Shown here: in pieces, positions 36,521-47,235 of the stretch
Layout: each line of letters starts with the position of its first letter
Position numbering within the stretch: the first letter of the stretch is position 1
Source of the DNA: Pseudomonadota bacterium
GTDB taxonomy: Bacteria; Pseudomonadota; Alphaproteobacteria; UBA828
Direction: 5' to 3'
NCBI GenBank assembly: GCA_027624955.1
Contig: JAQBTG010000002.1
Location: 24,694 to 88,693 of the forward strand
Length of the DNA: 64,000 bases
The notes under the pieces: generated by a model
The model's database searches: none
What the model was told of the DNA's origin: nothing
Seen by the model: the letters and a program-made list of their open reading frames with translations, nothing else
Translations under genes and position numbers: made by a program

Positions 36521-37333
36521 TCAGAACTTGAACTCAATTACCGCAGCGCCGGCGCCATATGTGGGGCCGTAGCCGTGAATTTCGGCGTGGTTATAGCTGC
36601 CGCCGATCCCGCCCAGTACCCAGGCGAGATGTTTGAAGCCCATATCGACCTTCGCCGCCGCCGCATATTCGCCGCAGAGGTCCTCGACCTGCTGTGCTTC
36701 TCCCGCTGCCATCAAGTCGAGCATGCGGCGGTTCCATTTGTCATCTTCGGCACTGGCGATGCGGTCCGCGGCGATATCGATTTCTTCGCGGAATATCGTG
36801 CCTGACAAGCCGCCGACACCGACCACGGCATAGCGTTTGCCCTGTGCCTCCGCGGTTTCTGCAGCCATCGCGGCGATGGTTCGGGTCTTTTCAAAATCGT
36901 GATAGACGTTATTCGCGGCCAACACGAGCGGGCAGTTTGCGCCCGAATTCAAAAAACCGTTGGCGACAATCGTGCCCGTGTCGATCGGGAAAGCGTCGTA
37001 ATCAACGCCCTTGGATTGGATGCCGCGTGCGTTGGCGGTTTCGATACAGGCATGCGCCAGTTTGGTATCGATTTTTAGATCATATTCAAGATCGCCATAC
37101 TCGTACCAGTTTTCGTCAACATGGGTCCCGGACAATTGCGGTCGTGTTTGCCACAGTTCGTCCAGCACAGCGATCCATTGGGTCGAATAGAGCAAAATGA
37201 CATCAGGCTTGGCCGCAGCCAAAGCGCGCGCGGCTATCTCGAAGCCGGTGGTAAGTTCCTTCCAGGCTGGATTGTCTTTGCGCAAATAGGGCAGGGGGGA
37301 GCCGGTCACCAAAAACGCTGCGGCCAATGTCAT
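36521..37333 (-). CDS. LigB-family extradiol ring-cleavage dioxygenase, non-catalytic-type subunit (2-aminophenol 1,6-dioxygenase alpha, AmnA-like).
   Basis: A 270-aa ORF with the LigB/class III extradiol fold. It lies directly downstream of a 304-aa LigB catalytic-type subunit. The size pair (about 305 + 271 aa) and the beta-then-alpha order match amnBA as recalled. Confidence 0.6.
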   Translation of the reverse strand: MTLAAAFLVTGSPLPYLRKDNPAWKELTTGFEIAARALAAAKPDVILLYSTQWIAVLDELWQTRPQLSGTHVDENWYEYGDLEYDLKIDTKLAHACIETANARGIQSKGVDYDAFPIDTGTIVANGFLNSGANCPLVLAANNVYHDFEKTRTIAAMAAETAEAQGKRYAVVGVGGLSGTIFREEIDIAADRIASAEDDKWNRRMLDLMAAGEAQQVEDLCGEYAAAAKVDMGFKHLAWVLGGIGGSYNHAEIHGYGPTYGAGAAVIEFKF

Positions 37334-37364
37334 GGAATTTATCCTCGGTGCGTAACGTGTGAAG

Positions 37365-38291
<927 letters not shown>

Positions 38292-38467
38292 CTACCGGAC
38301 AAGCTGATTGCGACAGGTCATTAGATTAAATTCAAAGAGCGGTCTCATCGACTTAGGTTGGTACACTTCATTGTCGTCGTTAAAGTGAGTCTATATCAAT
38401 TACACCTAGTCTATCGGCAGTGCACTGCCTCCGCCATCCCCTGCCAGGATCAAGAGGAACATCAGAT

Positions 38468-39580
38468 ATGGTTAAGCATCTCGTCTCGGTTGATCGTACC
38501 ATTCCGTTGGCGGAGTGCCCCGCGGAAGGCCATAACCGTTGGCACCCCGACATCACACCGATGATTCATGTGAAGAGCGGCGACGAGGCGGAAATTCATA
38601 CGCGTGACTCGTTTGACTGCCAAATTCACAAATCTATGTCGGGCGCGGATTTGGGTCAGGCCAGCATTGGCCGTGCGCATCCTTTGACCGGGCCGGTTTA
38701 TGTCGAGGGAGCGGAGCTCGGCGATTTGCTGGCGGTCGATATCTTGGACGTCAAATCGCATGACGAAGGGTTCACGCTTATCGCGCCGGGGTTCGGCTTT
38801 TTGCGCGACCGCTTTACCAAACCGCATCTGATTCATTGGGAGATGCGGGATGGGTTTGCGACCTCGCCCGACCTGCCCGGTGTGCGCATTCCGGGCGCGC
38901 CGTTTTTTGGCGTGATGGGCTTGGCGCCGTCGCATGAATTGCTCGCCCGCATAAATGCGCGGGAGAAGAGCCTGCATGAGCGCGGCGGCGCGGTATTTCT
39001 GCCCGATGCCGACATGGCGGTGCCGGCTGATCCGGCAATCGCGGGTGAAGCCATGCGCACCATCGCGCCGCATGAAACCGGCGGTAATCTCGACATCAAA
39101 CAATTCGTCAAAGGCACGACAGTCTATTTGCCGGTCTATCAGAAGGGCGCGTTGTTTTCAGTAGGCGACGCACATTTTGCCCAAGGTGACGGCGAATCTT
39201 GCGGCAGCGCGATCGAGACTTCGGCCATTCTGCATGCGCGCTTCCGCGTGCTGTCCGGCGTGGCGGCGCGGCGCGGCCAGACCGATGTTTCTTTCGGCAA
39301 TGAAAACCCCGGGGGCGCGCCGCTCGATTGCTCGACCCGGTTCTACGCAACCACCGGCACCTGCCTGAAACGCGACGGCGAGAATCTGTCGGAAGACCTC
39401 ACCTTGGCAACGCGCAACGCGCTCTTGAATATGGTGGATTACATCGGCGAGCGCTGCGGCTTCTCGCCGGAAAATTCGCTGGCCTTGGCGAGCGTCGCGG
39501 TAAATTTGCGCATCAGCCAAATTGTCGATGTCCCCAACCTGACGGTATCCGCCTTCTTGCCGCTTGAGATTTTCGACTAG
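38468..39580 (+). CDS. Acetamidase/formamidase (FmdA_AmdA) family protein.
   Basis: A ~370-aa ORF with a GAGGAA RBS. It has the conserved FmdA-family profile, including GNLD.KQ and SVGDAHFAQGDGE. The start was chosen at MVKHLV. Confidence 0.75.
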   Translation: MVKHLVSVDRTIPLAECPAEGHNRWHPDITPMIHVKSGDEAEIHTRDSFDCQIHKSMSGADLGQASIGRAHPLTGPVYVEGAELGDLLAVDILDVKSHDEGFTLIAPGFGFLRDRFTKPHLIHWEMRDGFATSPDLPGVRIPGAPFFGVMGLAPSHELLARINAREKSLHERGGAVFLPDADMAVPADPAIAGEAMRTIAPHETGGNLDIKQFVKGTTVYLPVYQKGALFSVGDAHFAQGDGESCGSAIETSAILHARFRVLSGVAARRGQTDVSFGNENPGGAPLDCSTRFYATTGTCLKRDGENLSEDLTLATRNALLNMVDYIGERCGFSPENSLALASVAVNLRISQIVDVPNLTVSAFLPLEIFD

Positions 39581-39595
39581 CAAAGGAACGTCGCT

Positions 39596-40357
39596 GTGAA
39601 GATGCATATTCTCTCCGGCGGCCGCCTCAGGATGCAGAAGCTCGTCTATTTGCCTGGCTCGGCGCCCGAGGAAATGATCGAGCTGCCGGTTTCCTGTTTC
39701 CTGTTCATTCACCCACACGGCAATGTGCTGTTCGATACCGGCTGTCACCCGGAAATAGCCGTCAACCCGGAGGAGCGTTGGGGGCCGATGGCGCGCTTTG
39801 TAATTCCGGCGATGTCGGCTGATGACAACATCATCAGCCAGCTCGCGCGGGTGAATCTGGCGCCCGACGATATCGATATCGTGGTGAATTCGCATTTGCA
39901 CTGCGACCATTGCGGCTGCAACGAGTTTTTCTCCAAGGCGACGATCTACTTACACCGCGATGAGCTAGCCTGTGCGCGCGATCCGGCGAGCGAGGGCCAA
40001 GGCTATTTCCAGGCCGAATGGGACCACCCGATGCCGATGATCGAATTCGACGGTGAAGTGGATATCTTCGATGATGGGCGCTTGGTATTGCTGCCGCTGC
40101 CTGGCCATTCGCCGGGGATGACCGGCCTGCTCGCCGCGCTGCCAAAGAGCGGCGCGCATCTGCTGGCTTCGGACGCGGTCGCGGTGCGCGAGAATTTACA
40201 GCCGGAAAACATGCCGCAAAATACCTGGAACCGCGACGTGCAAACTAAATCCATCGCCGAGATCACCCGCATCGAGAAATCGGGGGCGCAGGTTCTGTGC
40301 GGCCATGACTTGGCGGAGTGGTCGACCTTCAAGCAGGCGGAGGAAAGTTACGCCTAA
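39596..40357 (+). CDS. Metallo-beta-lactamase-fold N-acyl homoserine lactonase-like hydrolase.
   Basis: A 253-aa ORF. HLHCDHCG matches the AiiA-type HxHxDH zinc motif, with a downstream His in LPGHSPGM. Confidence 0.65.
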   Translation: MKMHILSGGRLRMQKLVYLPGSAPEEMIELPVSCFLFIHPHGNVLFDTGCHPEIAVNPEERWGPMARFVIPAMSADDNIISQLARVNLAPDDIDIVVNSHLHCDHCGCNEFFSKATIYLHRDELACARDPASEGQGYFQAEWDHPMPMIEFDGEVDIFDDGRLVLLPLPGHSPGMTGLLAALPKSGAHLLASDAVAVRENLQPENMPQNTWNRDVQTKSIAEITRIEKSGAQVLCGHDLAEWSTFKQAEESYA

Positions 40358-40400
40358 CGCGTCCGCCGCCCCGCCGCCATTGAGCAAAGGAAAAAACACC

Positions 40401-41414
40401 ATGTCGAATATCGTAAATCATCAAATCAGACTGGCCGGCCGGCCGGTCGGCCTGCCCAAATCAAGCGATTGGCAGTTTACCGAGGCGGCGGTGCCTGACC
40501 TCGAGGCTGGCCAGGTATTGGTCAAGATTCACTACATCTCGGTTGATCCGGCGATGCGCGGCTGGATGAACGACCGCGAAACTTATGTGCCGGCGCTCAA
40601 GCTCGGCGAAGTGATGCGCGCGCTGACGGTTGGCGAGGTGATCGCCAGCGAGAATCCGGCCTTCGCCACCGGCGAGTTCGTCGTTGGTATCGACGGCGTG
40701 CAGGAATATGCGATCTCCGACGGCAGCGCATTGATGAAGGCCGACGCCAGCCTGGCGCCGCTGCCGGCTTATTTGAACAGCTTGGGGATCGCCGGGCTGA
40801 CCGCCTATTGCGGCCTGATCGAGGTCGGCGCGCCGAAAGCGGGCGAGACGGTGGTCGTCTCCGGTGCTGCCGGATCGGTCGGCGCGCATGTCGGTCAGAT
40901 CGCCAAGATCAAGGGCTGCCGCGCGGTCGGCATTGCCGGCGGGGCGCGCAAATGTGCGTTCCTCATCGACGAGCTCGGGTTCGATGCGGCGATCGACTAT
41001 CAGAATGAGGATCTCAATGACGGCCTGGCGCGGAGCTGCCCTGACGGTATCGACGTGTTTTTCGATAATGTCGGGGGCGAATGTCTGGATGCGGCCCTGG
41101 CGCGCATCAACTTTCACGCCCACGTCGTGATCTGCGGCGCGATCTCTCAATATAACAATACGACGGCGATCGAAGGCCCGGCCAATTACCTCAATCTACT
41201 TATCCGCAGTGCTCGGCTGGAAGGCTTTATCTATTTCAACTGGCGCAACCAGTGGCCGGAGATGGTCGCTGAACTCGCCGGTTGGCTGAATGCCGGCAAG
41301 TTGAACTGCCCCGACGATATCGTCGAGGGCGGTGTGGCGGCCTTCCCTGAGACGCTGTTGCGGCTGTTTTCCGGCGACAATTTCGGAAAATTGATGATCA
41401 AGGTGGCCGCTTAA
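40401..41414 (+). CDS. NADP-dependent oxidoreductase of the MDR superfamily (YncB/PTGR-like alkenal/one reductase).
   Basis: A ~337-aa ORF with an AAAGGAA RBS. It has the Rossmann motif VVVSGAAGSVG and no zinc-binding Cys cluster. The start was chosen at MSNIVNHQ. Confidence 0.75.
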   Translation: MSNIVNHQIRLAGRPVGLPKSSDWQFTEAAVPDLEAGQVLVKIHYISVDPAMRGWMNDRETYVPALKLGEVMRALTVGEVIASENPAFATGEFVVGIDGVQEYAISDGSALMKADASLAPLPAYLNSLGIAGLTAYCGLIEVGAPKAGETVVVSGAAGSVGAHVGQIAKIKGCRAVGIAGGARKCAFLIDELGFDAAIDYQNEDLNDGLARSCPDGIDVFFDNVGGECLDAALARINFHAHVVICGAISQYNNTTAIEGPANYLNLLIRSARLEGFIYFNWRNQWPEMVAELAGWLNAGKLNCPDDIVEGGVAAFPETLLRLFSGDNFGKLMIKVAA

Positions 41415-41552
41415 GGTTCTCTGCTGACGTCTTCGCCCCCAGGTACGAAGCAACCATAGTTCAGCGGCCGGCGATGGCGGCGCAATATTGGCGTAGGCGC
41501 CTCCCATAGCCTATCGTGCCAGTCAGGTATTAAACCGGGGAGAACAGCGAAG

Positions 41553-41996
41553 ATGCGCTCGATCAAGGTAAGCAAGAGGATATCTGCCGCGCCGGCGGCG
41601 GTGTGGGCGGTTCTCGCGGACTATCCCAACATCGCGTCATGGAACTCGGGTGTCACCAAATCATTCTCGACCTCGGACAGCACCAGCGGCGTCGGCGCAC
41701 AGCGGCACTGCGATTTGGCGCCGTTCGGCGCGCTCGAAGAAACCGTCAAAGAATGGGATGAGGCGAGCCGCCTGGTGATCAGCATTGATTCGGCGAAAAA
41801 ATTGCCGATGGCGCATGGTCTCGCCACCTTCACCCTCACCCCGGCGGGCGAAGAAACCACCGTCACCATCGATTACGCCTACCAGCCGAAGTTCGGCTTT
41901 GTCGGGCAAATCCTGGGCAGCGTCGCCCTGGACGGCCAATTTACCAAGGGCTTCAACGCATTCCTCAAAGATCTCGACAAGGCCGCGCGGAAATAG
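41553..41996 (+). CDS. SRPBCC (START/Bet v1/polyketide-cyclase-like) family protein.
   Basis: A 147-aa ORF. The N-terminal KVSKRISAAPAAVWAVLADYPNIASWN pattern is typical of the SRPBCC helix-grip fold. Confidence 0.6.
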   Translation: MRSIKVSKRISAAPAAVWAVLADYPNIASWNSGVTKSFSTSDSTSGVGAQRHCDLAPFGALEETVKEWDEASRLVISIDSAKKLPMAHGLATFTLTPAGEETTVTIDYAYQPKFGFVGQILGSVALDGQFTKGFNAFLKDLDKAARK

Positions 41997-42056
41997 CCTA
42001 GCCGTAGCCTCGGCCGCAATCGGTGCTTTCAGATGGCGACGGCCGGCGTCTGATCC

Positions 42057-42530
42057 TTAAGTCTTGGCGGATTCTGCCCAGCCTTTGTTGATCGGCTCGA
42101 AGAAATTGACATAGACGTTGACCGCCTGAAATTTCCACACGCCATCGACCTTGACGAACACATTGTCATAAGCGGCAACGAGTAGGTTTGAATCAAGAGC
42201 GCCGTCGCTATTCACGGTGGCGGTCTGAAACAGGCGCCAGGCGCCGCGCACGCGATCATCGGTCTCGAAGGTGATGATCGGGTTGGTGACGAAATGGGCG
42301 GCGAACACCAGTACGCCCGACAGGCTTTCGAAAAAATCCCAGATCGCTTGGCGTCCTTCATGGCGGCCGAAGGCGTCGGATTCCCAGGTGGCGTCCTCGA
42401 CGAAAAAGGCGGTGATTTTATCGGGATCGTAGCCCTGGTCAGCGACCAGCAGATATTCCGCCATCAATTTGCAAATGTCGTTATGCGCCTCAAGCCGGGC
42501 GATGCGTTGTTCGAGGGTCTGGTCAGCCAT
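42057..42530 (-). CDS. Nuclear transport factor 2 (NTF2/SnoaL-like) family protein. The start is probably at MADQTLEQ...
   Basis: About 157 aa. It has the LEAHNDICKLMAEY pattern and an NTF2-like cone fold. The upstream extension to 42623 has no RBS support. Confidence 0.6.
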   Translation of the reverse strand: MADQTLEQRIARLEAHNDICKLMAEYLLVADQGYDPDKITAFFVEDATWESDAFGRHEGRQAIWDFFESLSGVLVFAAHFVTNPIITFETDDRVRGAWRLFQTATVNSDGALDSNLLVAAYDNVFVKVDGVWKFQAVNVYVNFFEPINKGWAESAKT

Positions 42531-42646
42531 GGCAAACTCCTTCTTCAATGGGCGGCGATGAATATCATGGATTTTACCGGCGGCGCTAGGCAGTATTCCG
42601 ACCGCTTTTATGATGTGGTGCAAGCGGCGACAGAGGAGAAGAAAAA

Positions 42647-43147
42647 ATGAGCGCGCGAGAATGGATGATGAGCGATCGCAACATGGCCGATCAGCCGATC
42701 GAGAGTTTTACTGAACTGAACGATGAAGAGCGCGCCAATCTGGCACTTCTGGCGCAGCAATGCCGCGGGTGGTCGAGCCAGAATATCGACGAGGTGGTCG
42801 CGCCGATGGCGGAAGACGGGGTGTATCACGACATCACCTTGCCGCCGGCGGAAGGCCATGCCGCGATTCGTGAATTCGGTGCCGGGTGGCTCGAAGCGGT
42901 GCCGGATCTCTCGCTTTATATCGAGACGTTCTGTGTGCAGGGCAACGTGGTGTGCGATATGGGGCGCATGAGCGGCACCATTTCCAAGGAATATTTCGGC
43001 TTGCCCAATACGGGGAAAAGGTTCGATTGCCAGTTTTCGCAAATTTGCTTCATCGAAAACCACAAGATTAGCTATCTGCGGGGGCTGTGGAACGCCGCCG
43101 ATATGTACAATCAGGTCGGTTGGGATGTGGCCGGCTTGAAACGCTAG
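42647..43147 (+). CDS. SnoaL-like / ester-cyclase (NTF2 superfamily) protein.
   Basis: A 166-aa ORF. Its N-terminal region (EERANLALL....W) is typical of SnoaL-like polyketide cyclase family proteins. Confidence 0.55.
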   Translation: MSAREWMMSDRNMADQPIESFTELNDEERANLALLAQQCRGWSSQNIDEVVAPMAEDGVYHDITLPPAEGHAAIREFGAGWLEAVPDLSLYIETFCVQGNVVCDMGRMSGTISKEYFGLPNTGKRFDCQFSQICFIENHKISYLRGLWNAADMYNQVGWDVAGLKR

Positions 43148-43268
43148 CTGTGCAGGGCGGTTTGGCGCTATGCTCGGCCTTGGCGACCGTCCTTCCCAAG
43201 GGTCACATTGACCGTTCTGGGCATTGGGCGTCTCGGAAACATACTGAAACGGTTGACTGGGACGCGCT

Positions 43269-44219
43269 ATGAAATCGGTTGATATCGTTGCCCGCCGGAG
43301 CGGCGGGCTGTTCCTATCGCTACTGCTGATTTTTATCGCCGGCGCCAATTTCAGCTTTATCTTTTCAGTCAACAAGGTCGCGACCGAAGCCGGGGTTCCA
43401 TTTTTCGCCTACGTCTTCTGGTACACGTTCGGCGCCGGCGCGGTGTTGTTTGTCGTTGCCGCAATTCGCCGCGAATTGCCGCGCGTTGATTTCATCCATT
43501 TAAGGGCTTACGGCGTGGCCGCGGCGCTCGGCATCGCCTTTCCATTCGCGCTGCTCGCCTTTGTCGCGCCCAAATTGCCGTCCGGCGTGGCGGTGCTGCT
43601 GGTTATTTTGACTCCGGCGTTTACCTATTTATTTTCACTGCTCGCCCGTCTCGAGCGCATCCACATCATGAGTGTCGCTGGGCTCGTGCTCGGCGTCGCC
43701 GGCGTGTTGTTTATCGTCATTCCGAGTGGCAGCCTGCCGGACGCCGACATGGCTGGCTGGTTCATCCTCGCCCTGCTGGCACCGATCTGTTTTGCCGGTC
43801 TCAATGTTTATGTCGAACTGGTGCGCCCGCCGGAAACGGCTTCGCTTTCGCTCGCGGTCGGCATTCTGTTGTCGAGCGCTTTGCTGCTGCTGCCCTTGAT
43901 GCTGGCGACCGGTCAGCTTTATATTTTCCCCGGACCGGTGCAGGACGGCGACCTCGCGCTTCTGGGTGCGGTGGTGATCAACATCATCATGTGGCCGCTG
44001 TTCTTCGAAATCGTCAAACGTACCGGTGCTTTTTTGATGTCGATGATTAACGTCTTCGGCGTGGTGATCGGCATTTTGTGGAGCATTGTCCTTTTTGGAG
44101 AACGCCATAGCGGCTACGTCTGGCTTGCCGCCGCGCTGATGTTGCTGGGCCTCGGGCTAATTCTGGCGCGGCCCATTATGTCGAGTCGGGCGAAACGCGC
44201 CGCCGCCGACAAGGCTTAG
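43269..44219 (+). CDS. DMT-superfamily (EamA-type) transporter.
   Basis: A 316-aa ORF with about 10 predicted TM helices arranged as two repeated EamA-like halves. Confidence 0.75.
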   Translation: MKSVDIVARRSGGLFLSLLLIFIAGANFSFIFSVNKVATEAGVPFFAYVFWYTFGAGAVLFVVAAIRRELPRVDFIHLRAYGVAAALGIAFPFALLAFVAPKLPSGVAVLLVILTPAFTYLFSLLARLERIHIMSVAGLVLGVAGVLFIVIPSGSLPDADMAGWFILALLAPICFAGLNVYVELVRPPETASLSLAVGILLSSALLLLPLMLATGQLYIFPGPVQDGDLALLGAVVINIIMWPLFFEIVKRTGAFLMSMINVFGVVIGILWSIVLFGERHSGYVWLAAALMLLGLGLILARPIMSSRAKRAAADKA

Positions 44220-44298
44220 AGCGTGCCGCCAAAATTCCTTTAAAATATAGCCTTGGTTTGCCAGGCGCGCTCCCGGGTGGAGAAGGGGAATTTTTGAA

Positions 44299-45057
44299 AT
44301 GTTGTTCGATCTCACAGGAAAAGTGGCACTGATTACCGGAGCGAGCCGCGGCGTTGGCGCGGCGATTGCAGCGGGCCTTTCGCAGCACGGCGCGACCATT
44401 ATCCTGAATGGCCGCAACCCGGAAACTCTGGAACAAACCGCCACAGAACTGCGCGCTATTGGTGGCCAGGTTCACACATCCGCCTTCGATGTGAGCGATG
44501 CCGAGGCGATCACAGCGGCGGTTGGCGAGATCGAGGCGACGATCGGGCCGGTCGATATATTGGTGAACAATGCCGGCGTTCAACACCGTCAATTGCTGAG
44601 CGAATTGCCCGAAGCCGATTGGCGGCGCGTGCTCGAAATCAATCTGACCGCACCGTTCTTGATGGCGCAATCGGTGGCGCGGGGCATGCTGCGGCGGAAG
44701 TCGGGAAAAATTATCAATATCTGCTCGTTGACCAGCGAAATTACCCGGCCCGGTATCGCGCCTTATACGGCGGCCAAAGGCGGCTTGAAGATGCTAACGA
44801 AATCTATGGCGGTGGAATGGGCAAAGGACAATGTGCAAGTCAACGCGATTGGTCCGGGCTTTTTGATGACGGAGATGAACAAGGTTCTGGCGGAGGACGA
44901 AAAGTTTAATGAATGGGTTTGCGGGCGGACACCGGCTGGGCGATGGGGCACACCGGAAGAAGTGGCGGGCGCCGCAGTCTTTCTCGCATCCGAGGCGTCA
45001 AATTACATTACCGGTCAAGTGATCTATGTCGATGGCGGCTTTCTCTCCACCATGTAA
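44299..45057 (+). CDS. SDR family oxidoreductase (gluconate-5-dehydrogenase-like).
   Basis: It has VALITGASRGVG, NNAG, and S...YTAAKG. Confidence 0.85.
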   Translation: MLFDLTGKVALITGASRGVGAAIAAGLSQHGATIILNGRNPETLEQTATELRAIGGQVHTSAFDVSDAEAITAAVGEIEATIGPVDILVNNAGVQHRQLLSELPEADWRRVLEINLTAPFLMAQSVARGMLRRKSGKIINICSLTSEITRPGIAPYTAAKGGLKMLTKSMAVEWAKDNVQVNAIGPGFLMTEMNKVLAEDEKFNEWVCGRTPAGRWGTPEEVAGAAVFLASEASNYITGQVIYVDGGFLSTM

Positions 45058-45086
45058 GTACAGGCGGTGGCGCGATATCTTAGGTC

Positions 45087-46544
45087 TTAACCGGCGAGCG
45101 GAATACGGACGATAAATTCCGTGCCCTGGCCCGCCACGCTCTTTACCTCAGCACTGCCGCCATGCACCTCGGCGGCACTTTTTACGGTCGACAGGCCCAA
45201 CCCCGTGCCAGAGAACCCGACGGCGTTGCCGCCCCGGAAATATAGCTCGAAGATGTTATCGATCTCCGCCGGCTCGATGCCGATGCCTTGATCGGCAACG
45301 CGAAATTCAACCTGGTTTCCGCGGCGTGAAATTTTGATATCGATAGTGCTTCCGTGCGAAGAATATTTGATCGCGTTTGATATTAGATTGTTCAAGATAT
45401 GGCGCAGCAGCTGCGCATCGAGCACCACCTGATCGAGATCGCCGCTAAAATTCAAATTTACCGTCTGCTCTGCATTGGTGCTGAGGCGCATTTGCTGCAC
45501 CAGATCGCGGCAAAACGGGCCGAGGTCCATCACCGCCGGATTGCACTCCAGCTTGTTGGCGCCGATCTTGCTACCGACAAGAATTTTGTCGAGCACTTGG
45601 GTGATGGCCGATACTTGCTTCTTGATATTTTCCAAATTGTCCTTGAATTCATGCGGTTCCAAGCGCTCGGCATAGCGGTCCATGATATCGGCGGAGGCGT
45701 GAATCGTGGTCAGCGGCGTGCGGAAATCATGCGACACGGAGGCGACAAAGTTCGACCGGACCTTGCCCATCTCGCGCTCATTGTCGAGCGCCACCCGGGC
45801 GACCTCCTCGGACCGCCGGCGCTCGGCCAACTCAAGCTGGAGCTCTAAGTTTTCCTGATGTTTGCGCGCCGTCAGCCGGGTGCCGGCAACCACCGTGAAC
45901 AAAACAACGGCGTACACCACCAGGAGAATGCCGATCGTGACGCCCAGAATTAACCAAACTAGATTGGAGATCGTGCTTTTGAGCGTGGTGACGTCGGAAT
46001 AAATCTCTAGCACGCCGGACGCCGCCGGCGCGCCAGAGGTCGTGAAGATCGGGATGTAGCTCGAGACCAGGTCGCGATTAAAAATTGTTTCCTCGAATGC
46101 ATTAAATTGGTCGCGAAAGGTCAGCGTGCTGGCGACCACATTGCCGATGGCCGATTGAAATCCCGCGTTGTCGCTTTTGTCCTCGCCGATCTGGCTGGGG
46201 TCTGAGGAATAAACCGTCATGCCGGAGCGGCTGTATATCTTAATATTGACGATTCGCGTTCCCTGCGTGGCGTCGGTAAAGGCAAGGTTGATGTGCCGTA
46301 GCGCGGGGAGTTGCTTTAACTCCGCTGCTGAGAGGTCCGGCGCTATATTCATAAGCTCGCCGACTTCCTCGCGTAGCATGTTCGACATGGCAAAGGTGAG
46401 CGCGACGTTGCTTTCTTCCGCCATGTTCTTGAGCCGTGCGATCGAAGCAGCCTGATTGACATAGGCCAGCGCGCCTGCGGCCACCAACAGGACAATGCCG
46501 CCGATAAGGGCGAAGCGAAGCGGTAGTGATAAATTGCGCAGCAT
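45087..46544 (-). CDS. Sensor histidine kinase with an N-terminal periplasmic/extracytoplasmic sensor region flanked by two TM segments. No cognate response regulator is adjacent.
   Basis: It carries the HisKA H-box SVSHDFRTPLT and HATPase_c N/G1/G2 boxes (LISNAIKYS; DQGIGI; GTGLGLS). Confidence 0.85.
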   Translation of the reverse strand: MLRNLSLPLRFALIGGIVLLVAAGALAYVNQAASIARLKNMAEESNVALTFAMSNMLREEVGELMNIAPDLSAAELKQLPALRHINLAFTDATQGTRIVNIKIYSRSGMTVYSSDPSQIGEDKSDNAGFQSAIGNVVASTLTFRDQFNAFEETIFNRDLVSSYIPIFTTSGAPAASGVLEIYSDVTTLKSTISNLVWLILGVTIGILLVVYAVVLFTVVAGTRLTARKHQENLELQLELAERRRSEEVARVALDNEREMGKVRSNFVASVSHDFRTPLTTIHASADIMDRYAERLEPHEFKDNLENIKKQVSAITQVLDKILVGSKIGANKLECNPAVMDLGPFCRDLVQQMRLSTNAEQTVNLNFSGDLDQVVLDAQLLRHILNNLISNAIKYSSHGSTIDIKISRRGNQVEFRVADQGIGIEPAEIDNIFELYFRGGNAVGFSGTGLGLSTVKSAAEVHGGSAEVKSVAGQGTEFIVRIPLAG

Positions 46545-46679
46545 AATTGACGCCCCGGCTATTTGCCGGCGGGCCGAATTCGGCTTTGCGGCTTAGATCG
46601 TTGAATTATTTTTTGTCATAGACTTTTCTGTGTCGCGGTCGGCCGCAGCGAATTGTATCTACGTCAGACAATCCGAATC

Positions 46680-47201
46680 CTATAGGAAGACGCCGATACT
46701 CTGAGTTGGAAGGGTTGTATGGGATAATAGCACCCGCCGCCGCGCCAAACGTAAACCTTGCTCCTCTTTTCGCAGAATATCCTGACGTTCGGCGGCAAGC
46801 ACGGTGTACTCCGCTGAATCGCCGCGGCCCAGATAAAGCAAGAGGTTCGATTTAACGTCGATCTTCCCTTCGTTCCACTGCCCGGCTCTGACGTTACCGA
46901 TCACCCGGCGGGTGCGTGTTGGCGGATCTTCTCCCCAGGCACTGTCGGTGCCGAGCCGGGCCACGCGGGCTTGGAGCGACGCAAAGGTTTCCTTCATATG
47001 CCATCCGTTTTCGACAACCGGATCTTCACCGCGCAGCCGGGTCACCAGGATTGGCATTTCATAGTGAATATCGGCAGTCAATAAATCGAGCCATTCGGTG
47101 ACGCGGTTTTCGTCGAGGCACTCGGCTTCCTGCGCGAGAAATTGATAGCAGGCAAACCAGGCCGTTATGTCCTGCTCCTGTAAATTTGAATTTTTCATCA
47201 T
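46680..47201 (-). CDS. Aromatic ring-hydroxylating dioxygenase beta (small) subunit.
   Basis: About 173 aa with an NTF2-like fold. It lies directly downstream of the Rieske alpha subunit and has an AAGGGA RBS. The start was chosen at MMKNSN. Confidence 0.75.
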   Translation of the reverse strand: MMKNSNLQEQDITAWFACYQFLAQEAECLDENRVTEWLDLLTADIHYEMPILVTRLRGEDPVVENGWHMKETFASLQARVARLGTDSAWGEDPPTRTRRVIGNVRAGQWNEGKIDVKSNLLLYLGRGDSAEYTVLAAERQDILRKEEQGLRLARRRVLLSHTTLPTQSIGVFL

Positions 47202-47235
47202 TCCCTTGTTCCTCGAGTGCTCGCGCTGGATGGCG